DNA of 64,000 nt from Candidatus Eiseniibacteriota bacterium (GTDB lineage Bacteria > Eisenbacteria > RBG-16-71-46 > CAIMUX01 > VGJL01). Below the pieces are notes generated by a model, which ran no database searches, was not told the origin of the DNA, and saw only the letters and a program-made list of their open reading frames with translations. A program made the position numbers and the translations under genes. The stretch covers positions 1,472,001-1,536,000 of the forward strand of contig CAWBWI010000001.1 in NCBI GenBank assembly GCA_963792585.1, written 5' to 3'. Shown here in pieces: positions 8,880 through 19,209 of the stretch; position 1 is the first letter of the stretch, and each line of letters begins with the position of its first letter.

Positions 8880-10256
8880 ATGCCGGGTAGGGGTTGGGAG
8901 GGGATGGTCGGAATCGCGGAGCTTCGGGCGGCCTTCGGCAGGTTCCTCGCCTCGCTGGCGCCGGGCCCCTCATCCGCCCCCGGGGAAGTCTCGGTCTTTC
9001 GCGAACACATCCTTTCCTCGATATGGGGCGGGGTGTCGTCGGGAATCTTCATCCTGACCGACGTGATCCTGGCCAAGGCCCTCAACGCCCCCGGCTGGCA
9101 AATCACCCTTCTGGCAACCCTGAGCCCGGCAGCCAACATCTTCTCCGTCTACTTCGCCGGCCAGGTCACCGGCCGGCGCAAGGCGGGCCCCTTTCTCCTC
9201 GCCGCGATTCTTGGACGCCTCACCATGGGACTGCTCCTGGTCTGGCGGACCTCGATGGCGATGATCCTCCTCACCTTCATATACAACATCGCCGGAGCCC
9301 TGGTCGTCACGGCCCTGAACTCCGTCTTGCAGAGCCGATACCCCGACCCGGTGCGGCCGGTGCGCTTCGGGGTCGCGACCTCGGTCTCGGCCCTCTTCAC
9401 GATCCTGGCCGCAGTGGCCGCCGGACGTCTGCTCGAACTCCGCGAAGGGATCTATCCTTGGCTCTTCTTCGGCTGCGGAATCGCCGGGTTCCTATCCGTC
9501 TACCACTACTATCGGATGGAGTGTCCCCCCGGAGAGCGCCGGGGCATGATCGCCTGGCTCTCCGTCGGCTTGACGGGACTCCGCCGACGGCTCGCGCCGG
9601 GGGCCGACGAAGCGGCGCGACACACGCTCGCGGCAAGCTTGCGTGTTGCGACCCGGATCTTCCGGGAGAACCCGGACTTCGTCCGCTTCGAGCGCGACTA
9701 CATGATCTACGGCTTCGCGTTCATGAGCTTGCTGCCGATCCTGCCGATCTACATCGTTCGGGAACTGAACATGAACTACGCACAGCTCTCCGCCTCGAAA
9801 GGTCTCTGGGCGCAACTCGGCGCGGTGGTCCTCTCGCCGATCTTGGGGGCCGCCCTCTCGCGCCTTCGTCCCCTGCGCTTCACGGGGAGGGTCTTCCTGG
9901 CGCTCAGCCTCTATCCGCTGCTCCTGTTCGTTTCGACCTGGCGCGCATTCCCCGTGCCGACGCGGATCCTGTGGGTCTATGGCGCCCTGCTGGCGTTCTC
10001 GGTGGCGATGGCGGGAGTGAATCTCTCGTGGACGCTTGGTTCGATGCACTTCGCGCGCGGCCGCGACGCGAGCGCCTTTCAGGGAATGCACGTGGCGATG
10101 ACGGGCGTGCGCGGCCTGCTCGCGCCGAGCCTCGGCTACGCCGTCTACAAGCTCATCGGCACGGGCGCGGTCTTCGTGATGGCGACCGGCCTCTTCGCCG
10201 CCGCGGGCATTCTGATGCTGCGTCACGACCGGGAAGAGCGGGCGGCCTCGCCTTGA
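8880..10256 (+). CDS. MFS transporter
   Basis: About 12 hydrophobic segments in two halves with a central loop; substrate unknown. Confidence 0.75.
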   Translation: MPGRGWEGMVGIAELRAAFGRFLASLAPGPSSAPGEVSVFREHILSSIWGGVSSGIFILTDVILAKALNAPGWQITLLATLSPAANIFSVYFAGQVTGRRKAGPFLLAAILGRLTMGLLLVWRTSMAMILLTFIYNIAGALVVTALNSVLQSRYPDPVRPVRFGVATSVSALFTILAAVAAGRLLELREGIYPWLFFGCGIAGFLSVYHYYRMECPPGERRGMIAWLSVGLTGLRRRLAPGADEAARHTLAASLRVATRIFRENPDFVRFERDYMIYGFAFMSLLPILPIYIVRELNMNYAQLSASKGLWAQLGAVVLSPILGAALSRLRPLRFTGRVFLALSLYPLLLFVSTWRAFPVPTRILWVYGALLAFSVAMAGVNLSWTLGSMHFARGRDASAFQGMHVAMTGVRGLLAPSLGYAVYKLIGTGAVFVMATGLFAAAGILMLRHDREERAASP

Positions 10257-10282
10257 CCATGATCGAGGAGGGTTCCTATACT
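10253..10282 (+). promoter_or_regulatory. Putative sigma-70 promoter for tdh
   Basis: TTGACC-18 nt-TATACT, 56 nt before the tdh ATG. Confidence 0.5.
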
Positions 10283-10338
10283 CCCGGAGAATTGTGCTTC
10301 GCAGAGACTTGGGCGAATCGAGGTAAAGGAGTTGGGGG

Positions 10339-11388
10339 ATGGCGGAGATGATGAAGGCGGTGAGGAAGACCCAACCCGGGCCGGGCGCGCAACTGACCCA
10401 GGTGCCGATTCCGACGATCAAGCCGGACGAGGTGCTGGTGAGGGTTCGCGCGACGACTATTTGCGGCACCGATGTGCACATCTATCAGTGGAACGAGTGG
10501 TCCCAGTCGCGGATCAGGAACCTGCCGCAGACGCTGGGGCACGAACTCGCCGGAGAGGTCGTGGAGGTCGGCTCGACCGTCACGAAGATCAAGGCGGGCG
10601 ATCTGGTCTCATGCGAGACCCATATTCCGTGTGGCGGCTGCGTCCCGTGCATGACCGGACAGATGCACATCTGCGCGAATCTGAAGATCCTCGGAGTGGA
10701 CCGGGACGGCTGCTTCGCCGAGTACGTTGCGGTGCCCTCCGTCGTCTGCTGGAAGAACGATCCGTCGATCCCTCCCGAGATCGCCGCGGCGCAGGAGCCG
10801 CTGGGCAACGCCGTCTACGCGACGCTGGTGGAGCCGGTCACGGCCCGCACGGTCCTGATCTTCGGCGACGGGCCGACGGGGCTATTCGCCGCGGGGGTCG
10901 CGCGCGCCGCCGGCGCGTCGAAAGTGATGCTGGCCGGGATCAATGAGGCGCGGCTGGAAATCGCGCGCAAGATGGGCGCAGATATCGTCCTCCACTCGAT
11001 GAAGGACGACGTGCGGTCGATCGTGCTCGACGCGACCGCAGGCATCGGCGCCGACGTCGTCCTCGACATGGTGGGCGTCCAGTCGGTGATCGACCTCGGC
11101 CTCGAACTCGTCCGCAAAGGGGGACGCTTCTCCGCCTTCGGACTCCCCGACGGGCGGGTCTCGATCGACATGAACAACGGCATCATCTTCAAGGGGCTGC
11201 GTCTCTACGGAATCAACGGGCGGCTCATGTTCGACACCTGGCTGCAGGTTTCCCACCTGCTGGCCAGCGGGCGCCTCGACATCCGGCCTGTCCTGACGCA
11301 CAAGATGCCGCTGGAGGATTTCGACCGCGCCTTCGCGCTGATCGCCCAGGTCCCGATCACGGTGGGCAAGGTGGTTCTGCTACCGTAG
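10339..11388 (+). CDS. tdh: L-threonine 3-dehydrogenase
   Basis: ICGTDVHIYQWNEWSQ, GHE, structural Zn motif CGGCVPC..C, EPLGNAV, GINGRLMFDTW. Confidence 0.88.
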   Translation: MAEMMKAVRKTQPGPGAQLTQVPIPTIKPDEVLVRVRATTICGTDVHIYQWNEWSQSRIRNLPQTLGHELAGEVVEVGSTVTKIKAGDLVSCETHIPCGGCVPCMTGQMHICANLKILGVDRDGCFAEYVAVPSVVCWKNDPSIPPEIAAAQEPLGNAVYATLVEPVTARTVLIFGDGPTGLFAAGVARAAGASKVMLAGINEARLEIARKMGADIVLHSMKDDVRSIVLDATAGIGADVVLDMVGVQSVIDLGLELVRKGGRFSAFGLPDGRVSIDMNNGIIFKGLRLYGINGRLMFDTWLQVSHLLASGRLDIRPVLTHKMPLEDFDRAFALIAQVPITVGKVVLLP

Positions 11389-11507
11389 CGGGGACAAGAG
11401 CCCGCGGCGGTTCCGCCGAGGCAACAAGACGAGCCCGCGTCCCCGGCCCCCCGTGACGGGTGGATCCGTGGCCGCGGGCGAACTCTATCGCCCGATTCGG
11501 GAGGTCC

Positions 11508-11624
11508 CTACTTCCAGACCTTCGAAACGATGTAGATGATGAGCGTGGGTATCCCCACGAGCATGAAGAGTTCGACTAAGGCCCTGCGGGGCGATTTGTG
11601 GTGCTCTTGCGGGTGCGACGACAT
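11508..11624 (-). CDS. Putative 38-aa single-pass membrane small protein
   Basis: MSSHPQEHHKSPRRALVELFMLVGIPTLIIYIVSKVWK, SD AAGGAGG 7 nt upstream; too short for the ORF track. Confidence 0.6.
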   Translation of the reverse strand: MSSHPQEHHKSPRRALVELFMLVGIPTLIIYIVSKVWK

Positions 11625-11871
11625 CGTCCGTCCTCCTTGGCTTCAATTGCCCGGTACGGGCACAGCACGTAACGGAGCTTAACAGGATTCGGCGACCGCT
11701 CCTAGCGAAAGAGCGTCCAAACCTTCTTCCGCCGAGGGCCTCGGCGGGCTCCGGAATGGCGCAACCGGCGTGGAGGAAGCCGATTCGCCCCGGGCTGCGG
11801 CCGCCCCTCGCTTGTCGGCCGAAGGGAAGGTCTGTTAGTCTGCGTTGTTCGAAATGGAGGGAAATCGACCG

Positions 11872-12966
11872 ATGAACGAGATGGAATCGCAGCTCGAGGT
11901 GCGCGGAGTCGACCATGTCGAGATCTGGGTCGGCAACGCCATTCAAGCGGCCCACTACTACCGGACCGCCTTCGGCTTCGATCAGGTCGCGTACGCGGGA
12001 CCCGAGACCGGGATGCGGGACCGCGCCAGCTATCTGCTCACCCAGGGGAAGATCCGCCTGGTCGTCTCCGCCCCCGTCCTGCCCGATGGCCCCACTGCGG
12101 CCTTCATCGCCCGCCACGGCGACGGGGTGCGAAACGTCGTATTCGAGGTCAGCGACGCCCAGAGGGCGTACGAAACCGCCGTGCGTCGCGGGGCCGTCGC
12201 GGCCGAGGTCCCCCGCGTTTTCCGCGACGCCTCGGGGAGCGTCGTGACGGCAAGCATCCGTACCTTCGGCGAGGTGATCCACACATTCCTGCAGCGAGAC
12301 GGGTATACGGGGATGTTCCTCCCCGGGTATCAGGAGGCCCGCCGGCCTGGCGGCGGCACGGGGCTGCTCACCGTCGACCACATGGTGGCCAACGTCGAGG
12401 AGACGAAGATGGACGAGTGGGCCGGCTTCTACCGCACGGTCTTCGGCTTCCACCAGTTCCTCTCCTTCGATGACAAGGACATCTCGACCGAGCACTCGGC
12501 CTTGCGCTCGAAGGTGATGTCCAATGCCGATGGCCGGGTCAAGATCCCGATCAACGAACCGGCTCCCGGACTCCGGCGATCACAGATCCAGGAGTACCTC
12601 GACTTCAACATCGGCCCGGGGATCCAGCACATCGCCTTGCTCACCGGCGACATCCTCGCCACGATTGCGCAGCTGCGCGACCGGGGCGTGCTCTTCCTCG
12701 ACGTCCCCGACGCGTACTACGTGGGGCTGATCGAGCGGGTGGGACCGATCGACGAGGACATCGAGGCGATCCGGAAGCACCGGATCCTCGTGGATCGGGA
12801 CGACCAGGGATACCTGCTGCAGCTCTTCACGAAGCCGGTGGCCGATCGCCCGACCCTGTTCTATGAGATCATTCAGCGCAAGGGTTGCCAGGGATTCGGC
12901 AAGGGGAACTTCAAGGCGCTCTTCGAGTCGATCGAGCGGGAACAAGCCCGCCGCGGGAATCTCTAG
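11872..12966 (+). CDS. hppD: 4-hydroxyphenylpyruvate dioxygenase
   Basis: DHVEIWVGNA, SQIQEYLDFNIGPGIQHIAL, YEIIQRKGCQGFGKGNFKALFESIE. Confidence 0.97.
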   Translation: MNEMESQLEVRGVDHVEIWVGNAIQAAHYYRTAFGFDQVAYAGPETGMRDRASYLLTQGKIRLVVSAPVLPDGPTAAFIARHGDGVRNVVFEVSDAQRAYETAVRRGAVAAEVPRVFRDASGSVVTASIRTFGEVIHTFLQRDGYTGMFLPGYQEARRPGGGTGLLTVDHMVANVEETKMDEWAGFYRTVFGFHQFLSFDDKDISTEHSALRSKVMSNADGRVKIPINEPAPGLRRSQIQEYLDFNIGPGIQHIALLTGDILATIAQLRDRGVLFLDVPDAYYVGLIERVGPIDEDIEAIRKHRILVDRDDQGYLLQLFTKPVADRPTLFYEIIQRKGCQGFGKGNFKALFESIEREQARRGNL

Positions 12967-12985
12967 GACGCAGGAGGAAGGCCGC

Positions 12986-13921
12986 GTGCGCCTGGTTCAA
13001 TTCACCCATCCACAGACGGGCGGGGCCCCGCGAGTCGGCCTGTTGGTCGAGCGGGGAATCCTCGACCCCGGCGCCGCGTGGGACTCGTCGCGCGGCCCCT
13101 TCCCGCCCGACCCCGTCACGCTCCTCGCGAGCCACGACGCGCGGACTCTGTGCAAGGAGCTGCTGCGCAAGCCATCGAAGACCATCGTCTACCACCACAA
13201 CGAGGTTCTCCTCCTGGCGCCACTCTTGCGCCCCAACTCGTTCCGGGACTTCTACGCGTTCGAGGAGCATGTCCGCAACGCGAGGGGCCGTCGCGGCCTC
13301 GAGGTCGCCGAAGAGTGGTACCGCTTCCCCGTCTTCTACTTCTCCAATCACTCGGCCATCTATGGTCCGGGCCAGGGCGTTCCGATCCCGCAATCGACAG
13401 CCGAACTCGACTATGAACTCGAGATCGGGTGCGTCATCGGGCGGGCGGGGCGCGACATCCCGGTCGAGCATGCCGCCGACTACATCGCCGGCTTCTGTGT
13501 CCTGAACGACTGGACCGCACGCGACATCCAACGCGAGGAGATGCGGGTCGGTCTCGGGCCGGCCAAGGGAAAGGACTTCGCGACATCGATCGGCCCGGCG
13601 ATCGTGACGCCCGACGAGATCAGCGCGGCCCGCTCGGGCAAGGGTTACGACCTCGCGATGGAGGCGCGCCGGAACGGCGTGCCCTTGGCGCGGGGCTCGT
13701 GGAAGACGATCCACTACAGCTTCGAGGAGATGATCGCCCGCGCGAGCCGGGACGCATGGCTCTATCCGGGCGATCTCATCGGATCGGGAACCGTCGGAAC
13801 CGGCTGCATCCTCGAGATCGGCCCCGAAACGGCGGGAGGCTGGCTCAAGGAGGGTGACCGGATCGACCTCGAGATTGACGGCCTGGGGGTGTTGACCAAC
13901 CACCTGATAGCCCGGCCCTGA
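12986..13921 (+). CDS. Fumarylacetoacetate hydrolase family protein
   Basis: RDFYAFEEH, LDYELE, NDWTARDIQ, KGKDFAT, GSGTVG; lies between hppD and hmgA. Confidence 0.92.
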   Translation: MRLVQFTHPQTGGAPRVGLLVERGILDPGAAWDSSRGPFPPDPVTLLASHDARTLCKELLRKPSKTIVYHHNEVLLLAPLLRPNSFRDFYAFEEHVRNARGRRGLEVAEEWYRFPVFYFSNHSAIYGPGQGVPIPQSTAELDYELEIGCVIGRAGRDIPVEHAADYIAGFCVLNDWTARDIQREEMRVGLGPAKGKDFATSIGPAIVTPDEISAARSGKGYDLAMEARRNGVPLARGSWKTIHYSFEEMIARASRDAWLYPGDLIGSGTVGTGCILEIGPETAGGWLKEGDRIDLEIDGLGVLTNHLIARP

Positions 13922-13935
13922 AAGGCGGCACGCCG

Positions 13936-15108
13936 ATGCCCTTCTACCACAGCCTTGGAGAGATTCCGAAGAAGCGCCATGTCCAGTTCCGCGGGCCGGG
14001 AGGCGGCCTCTACTACGAGGAGCTGTTCGGAAACGAAGGATTCTCGGGCCTATCCTCGCTCCTCTACCACGCGCAACGGCCGGTGCAGGCCCGTTCGAGC
14101 GAGATCCTGCGGCAACTCGACTGGAGCGCCTCCGACGACCGCGCGCTGAAGCACCGCCACTTCCGGACCTCGCGGATCGGCGCCGGCGGCGACGCGGTGG
14201 GTGGTCGATCCCCTCTTCTGTACAACAGCGACATCGCGATATCGATCGTCCTCCCGACCGAGCCCGCCGGAAGCCTCTACCGCAACGGTCAGGCCGACGA
14301 AGTCGTGTACGTGAGCGACGGGACGGGAACGCTCGAGTCGGTATTCGGCAGACTCCCCTACCGGCGGGGCGACTACGTCGTCATCCCGCGCGGGACGATC
14401 CACCGTTGGGTTCCCGACGCAACCCCGCACCGGTTGCTGGTCATCGAGAGCCGCGGCGTCATCCGCACCCCCACGCGGTATCGAAACCGTCACGGCCAGC
14501 TTCTCGAGCAAAGCCCCTACTGCGAGCGGGACATCCGCCGACCCGAGCGGATCGAGCCGCGCGACGAGAAGGGCGCCTACGAGGTGATCGTCAAGCAGGG
14601 CAACGCGCTCCATCGATTCGTCTACGCAAGCCATCCCTTCGACGTCGTCGGCTGGGACGGCTACCTCTATCCCTGGGCGCTCAACATCGAGGATTTCGAA
14701 CCGATCACGGGTCGAATTCACCAACCGCCTCCCGTTCACCAGACATTCGAGGGGGACGGCTTCGTCGTCTGTTCCTTCGTCCCGCGCCTCTACGACTACC
14801 ATCCCGGCTCCATCCCGGCGCCGTATCACCACACGAACATCGGAACCGACGAGGTCATCTACTACGCGCGGGACCGCTTCATGAGCCGCAAGGGAATCGA
14901 GTACGGCTCGATCACGCTGCATCCCGACGGCGTTCCGCACGGGCCCCATCCGGGCACGATCGAGGCGTCGATCGGCGTGAAGGAAACGGACGAGCTGGCG
15001 GTCATGATCGACACGTTCCGCCCGTTGACCGTCTCGCGGGAGGCGGCGGCGATCGAGGATCCGGGCTACTTCGAGAGCTGGCTCGAGTCGGGCGACTCCC
15101 CCGTCTGA
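13936..15108 (+). CDS. hmgA: Homogentisate 1,2-dioxygenase
   Basis: HPFDVVGWDG, HQPPPVH, PYHH, LHPDGVPHGPHPG, ELAVMIDTFRPL. Confidence 0.94.
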   Translation: MPFYHSLGEIPKKRHVQFRGPGGGLYYEELFGNEGFSGLSSLLYHAQRPVQARSSEILRQLDWSASDDRALKHRHFRTSRIGAGGDAVGGRSPLLYNSDIAISIVLPTEPAGSLYRNGQADEVVYVSDGTGTLESVFGRLPYRRGDYVVIPRGTIHRWVPDATPHRLLVIESRGVIRTPTRYRNRHGQLLEQSPYCERDIRRPERIEPRDEKGAYEVIVKQGNALHRFVYASHPFDVVGWDGYLYPWALNIEDFEPITGRIHQPPPVHQTFEGDGFVVCSFVPRLYDYHPGSIPAPYHHTNIGTDEVIYYARDRFMSRKGIEYGSITLHPDGVPHGPHPGTIEASIGVKETDELAVMIDTFRPLTVSREAAAIEDPGYFESWLESGDSPV

Positions 15109-15118
15109 GCCGGCGGCT

Positions 15119-16042
15119 TCAGCCCCGCTCGCCGATCCAGCCAGATGCCCTCAAGGCGAAATGGGCGCGGCTCGCGCGGGGCCCGACCGCGATCCTGGGG
15201 AAGAGAAACGGATCGGCCCCCGGCCGGATCAGGCCGGGGATCGCCGTCACCGCGCACGTGAAACCCGCCTCGCGGACAAGCTCCGCCGTGGCGGTCGTGA
15301 AATCGGCGCGCTTGCCGTTGGGATAGGCGAAGAGCGCGCAGCTTCCCGCCCGACGCGCAACATCCTCGCGCGAGCGGACGATCTCCTCCCGTTGCTCCTC
15401 GATCGTCAGCAGAGAGAGGATCCGATGGTTCATCGTGTGCGCGCCGAAGTCGACGAGTCGGTCCTTCCCGAGTTCCGCGATCTCATCCCAGGACAGGAGC
15501 CGGCCCTCGTCGCTCGACTCGTCGGCTTGGATTCCCAGCTCCCGCCTGAGCACCTCGATCGCGGCATCCTGCGCTTGCGCCGGAAGGGTCTTGAGCAATT
15601 CGGATGTGCTCTGAAAGATCTCCATCTTGCCCGAGACGGAAAGTACCCGGTAGAGCCGCTCGAACCAGGGCAACTCGTCGCGCTCGATCAAGCCGGGGCA
15701 GAGGAAGACGGTCGCGGGACAGGCGTGTTTCGCGAGGATCGGGCGGGCGTGGGTGAGCACCGACCGCAAGCCGTCGTCGAAGGTGATCGCCGCGCCGGGG
15801 CGCGATCGCCCCTTGAGGGGACGACCGACCCATTCGCGGAGGGGCCGCACCTCCATGTGAGCGCGGAGCCACGCGAGCTGTCGGTCGAGCTCTTCCGGGG
15901 CGAGCCGGTCCCCGCGGCGCAGCGCCTCGGCCGCGGTGCTGACGCCGTGGTACATGAAGACGGCCACGGAGTCGGACCTCAGTGCGCGCGCGATCCGATC
16001 GGCCTGCGCCGCCCATAGGGCGAATCGAAGGGCCCCTTTCAC
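15119..16042 (-). CDS. Polysaccharide deacetylase (CE4/NodB family)
   Basis: MYHGV, ITFDDG, GAHTMNH, FAYPNG motifs; GTGA overlap with upstream GT4. Confidence 0.9.
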   Translation of the reverse strand: MKGALRFALWAAQADRIARALRSDSVAVFMYHGVSTAAEALRRGDRLAPEELDRQLAWLRAHMEVRPLREWVGRPLKGRSRPGAAITFDDGLRSVLTHARPILAKHACPATVFLCPGLIERDELPWFERLYRVLSVSGKMEIFQSTSELLKTLPAQAQDAAIEVLRRELGIQADESSDEGRLLSWDEIAELGKDRLVDFGAHTMNHRILSLLTIEEQREEIVRSREDVARRAGSCALFAYPNGKRADFTTATAELVREAGFTCAVTAIPGLIRPGADPFLFPRIAVGPRASRAHFALRASGWIGERG

Positions 16043-17148
16043 CACGCGACACCCGCCGTTTCGTGGAATAGGCGGAGCAGTTTGTCGAGTTGGCCCCCGA
16101 GTTCGAACCGCTCCTCGACGCGGCGCCGCCCGGCGATTCCCATCGCCGTCATGCGGGTCCGATCGGCCGCGAGTTCCGCAACTGCCGCGGCCAGTGCGCC
16201 CGCGTCCCCCGCGGCGAAGAGGAGCCCCGTGGTTCCCCGTTCCACGGCCTCGCGCGTACCCGGCACGTCGGACGCGACCACGGGCCGCCCGCACGCCATC
16301 GCCTCCAGCAGGGAGATCGGGTGCGCCTCGCAATCGGACGGGAGAACCACGAGATCGAGGTCCGCGTAGCGGGTCTCGATCCCGACCATCGTTCCATGAA
16401 AACTCACGCGTCCGACAACGCCGAGGTCCGCCGCGAGCGCTTCGATGGCCGGGCGCGTGGGGCCGTCCCCGAAGAAATCCAGCCGGGCCGACGGCACGCG
16501 ATTGAGAATCTCGGGAAACGCATGGAGCAGCACTCCGTGCCCCTTCTCGGGACCAAAGCGCGCGATCATGCCGATCGAGAAGCGGTCGCGTGGACCCGGG
16601 AGCGGCCCGAAGGCGAAACGCCGCAGGTCGACCCCGTTTGCGATCGTCACCAGCCGGTTTCGCGGCACGCGGTAGGTGGCGGCGACATCGTCCGCGAGCG
16701 CGTCGGAACAGCAAACGACGCGGGTGAAGCGCGGGTGAACCATCCGATAGGCAAGGCGGTGGCGCGGTCGGTTGTTCTTCACATCCCGGCTCGGCAGCAC
16801 GTGCTGCCACGAGACGATCGGGATGCGGTTGACGAGGTTCGCCAACCCGGCCATCACGTCCGCATAGAAGAGAACCGAAACGATGAGCTGCGGTCGCTCC
16901 TGCCTGACGAGACCGGCAAGGGAGGGAATCAGTGCGAAGTCGAAGGGCCTTCGCTTGGGGATCGAGACGACACGCTCCGCCGCCGCGTGGTAGGCCGCGG
17001 TCAATGGCCCCTCGACGCCGGTGCTGAAGAGGATGCGCCGATAGCGGTTGTTTCCCATGTGGGTCAGGAGGTCGAGCAGGGCGCGCTGCGCCCCGCCGAC
17101 CTCGAACCCGTCGGTGACGAAGAGGATCCGGCAGGGTCCGTCGTTCAT
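16039..17148 (-). CDS. Glycosyltransferase family 4
   Basis: GGAQR, NGVD, EKGH, PSDCEAHPISLLEAMACGRPVVAS. Confidence 0.92.
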   Translation of the reverse strand: MNDGPCRILFVTDGFEVGGAQRALLDLLTHMGNNRYRRILFSTGVEGPLTAAYHAAAERVVSIPKRRPFDFALIPSLAGLVRQERPQLIVSVLFYADVMAGLANLVNRIPIVSWQHVLPSRDVKNNRPRHRLAYRMVHPRFTRVVCCSDALADDVAATYRVPRNRLVTIANGVDLRRFAFGPLPGPRDRFSIGMIARFGPEKGHGVLLHAFPEILNRVPSARLDFFGDGPTRPAIEALAADLGVVGRVSFHGTMVGIETRYADLDLVVLPSDCEAHPISLLEAMACGRPVVASDVPGTREAVERGTTGLLFAAGDAGALAAAVAELAADRTRMTAMGIAGRRRVEERFELGGQLDKLLRLFHETAGVAW

Positions 17149-17156
17149 GGCCGCCT

Positions 17157-18341
17157 TCAAGAGGCCCTCCCGCCCGATCGTAGCGTCACGCCTGCGGGCC
17201 GCCAAGGGCGCAACCATGCGATCGCCATGACCGCAACGACGGCGAATGCGCCGGCGCAGAGGATGTAGGGCGCGCCGAGTCCGGATGCGCGCGCGAGCGT
17301 TCCGCCGGCGAGCGGAAGGAAGAAGGCGCCGCTACCGAGGAGCGCCTCGTGGATCCCGGTGTTCTTCCCGCGCCCTTCCTGAGAGTGGAGGCTGTGGTAG
17401 AGACTCGCGCTGTAGGCCACGCCTGTCGCGATCCCGATCCCCGGCGCGCACGCGAGGATCAGCGCCTCACCGCGGGCCCACGCGAGCAGACCGACGGATA
17501 CCATCCCGGCAAGGAGGGTGCCGATCAACACGGATGGTCTCCACTCCCAACCGTGACGCCACCCGAGCAACGCGAAGGTGAGGGTTTGCCACAGGCCGAC
17601 GAGCCCGAGGAAGTTGCCGAGATCCCCGGCGTTCAGCCCGATCCCGAACAGCCGCTTGGGGAACTGATAGTTGAGGGTGGCCCCGACGCCGAAGGCGACG
17701 AGGTTCGCCAGCCTGGAGACGAGCCGGTAGCGGTCGCGAACCGACGCGCGCGGCGCCTCCTGCGGCTCGAGGATACCGCGGTCGATCGAAATGCCGCGGT
17801 CCGATGGCGTGAGGACGAAGACGAACACTTCGAGGATCGCCGCGTAGAGCAATGGGCTCGAGGCGCCATACGCCTGCGCGAGATGGCCCGCGGTCCAGAA
17901 TCCGAGCATCTTGCCGCAGGACCACGCGACGTTGAAGATCCCGATCCGGCGCACCAGACCTGACTCCCGCCCCCGGTCGGCGAGCTCCGCCTGAATCGCG
18001 GGCCAGAAGAGCCCCCCACCGAGTGACACGAGGGGGAGAAAGAGAAAGAGATACGGAAGCCCGGGCGCGTTCCGGAGCAGAACCGCGCCCAATGCCATGG
18101 AGATCGTTCCCAGACGCGCCATCCGCATGCGACCGCCCCGGTCCGATAAGCGACCGAAGAGGAGCGAGGCGATGATGTAGATCGTCGATGAGAGCGCGGG
18201 CAGGAGCCCCAGCACGAGGGGTCCCGCCCCCAACTCGATCGCGCGCAGGGGGACGGATGTGAAGACGAGATAGAGCGCCCAGTCCGCCATGAATGCGGCG
18301 GCGCCGAATCGCACCGTCTCTCGCTTCGGGCTCCCGCTCAC
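17157..18341 (-). CDS. MFS transporter
   Basis: Motif A GRLSDRGGR; about 12 TM segments; GTGA overlap with the cpoB stop. Confidence 0.88.
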   Translation of the reverse strand: MSGSPKRETVRFGAAAFMADWALYLVFTSVPLRAIELGAGPLVLGLLPALSSTIYIIASLLFGRLSDRGGRMRMARLGTISMALGAVLLRNAPGLPYLFLFLPLVSLGGGLFWPAIQAELADRGRESGLVRRIGIFNVAWSCGKMLGFWTAGHLAQAYGASSPLLYAAILEVFVFVLTPSDRGISIDRGILEPQEAPRASVRDRYRLVSRLANLVAFGVGATLNYQFPKRLFGIGLNAGDLGNFLGLVGLWQTLTFALLGWRHGWEWRPSVLIGTLLAGMVSVGLLAWARGEALILACAPGIGIATGVAYSASLYHSLHSQEGRGKNTGIHEALLGSGAFFLPLAGGTLARASGLGAPYILCAGAFAVVAVMAIAWLRPWRPAGVTLRSGGRAS

Positions 18342-19111
18342 TCCAGCGACTGGAGCTTCGAACGCGCCTGGCTAGCCTCCTCCGAGTTCGGGAAGCGGGC
18401 GATCAGGTCGCGAAGCTCCTTGCGGGCGCCAGCGCGGTCCTCGAGCTGCAGCAGGCTGTAGGCGATCTTGAGCTTCGCCGCGGGGACTTTGTCCCCCTTG
18501 GGATAGGTGGTCTCCACCTTCGAGAAGTCCTCGACCGCCTTGCGGAAGTCCCGCTGGGCGTAGGAACACTCGCCGATCCAGTACTGAGCGTTGTCCGACA
18601 GCTCCGAGTCCGGGATCTTCGTCAGGTAGTCGCGGAAACCGATCAGGGCGAGCGAGTAGTTGCCACGGCTCAAATCGAGATAGGCGTTGTCGTAGATCGC
18701 CTTTGCCTGCGCGGGGGTGAGAGGGACCCCGCCCGATGAGGAATCACTCCTCTGCGGAATCGGCGAGATCGTCGGAGGCGCGAGATTGTCCTCGGGCGCG
18801 CGCGTGTAGAGCGGCCGGCGCTGGTATGAGTCGCCGATCTGGTTGTTCAACGCCTGGACGCTCTCCGTGACCTCCTGCAGGCGCGTCTGCGTATCCGCGC
18901 GCAGCGCGCGGATCATCTCCTCCTGCCGGATGAGGGCGGCCTCGAGCCGCTTGACCGTCGTGTCCATGGCCGCATTCTGTTCGAGAAGCGACTGCGCGTT
19001 CTGGTCGATCCGCTCCACCGCAACCGGCTGCTGGAGCACTTGTTTCCCATAGCACCCAGCACCGGCCAGGACGGCGAAACCGAGCGCGAGCATCCGTCGG
19101 GTCACCGACAT
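18338..19111 (-). CDS. cpoB: Tol-Pal system protein YbgF/CpoB (TPR, lipoprotein-type signal)
   Basis: Coiled coil plus TPRs (NAQYWIGE, YPKGDKVPAAKLKIAYS); directly follows pal. Confidence 0.92.
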   Translation of the reverse strand: MSVTRRMLALGFAVLAGAGCYGKQVLQQPVAVERIDQNAQSLLEQNAAMDTTVKRLEAALIRQEEMIRALRADTQTRLQEVTESVQALNNQIGDSYQRRPLYTRAPEDNLAPPTISPIPQRSDSSSGGVPLTPAQAKAIYDNAYLDLSRGNYSLALIGFRDYLTKIPDSELSDNAQYWIGECSYAQRDFRKAVEDFSKVETTYPKGDKVPAAKLKIAYSLLQLEDRAGARKELRDLIARFPNSEEASQARSKLQSLE

Positions 19112-19209
19112 GGGTATTCCTCCCCTACCGCCTCGATCACAGGCACGACCGACCCCGCCGAATGCGGATCCGGCGGGGTCGCACATCGGAACATCGGGAG
19201 TCGACTGCG

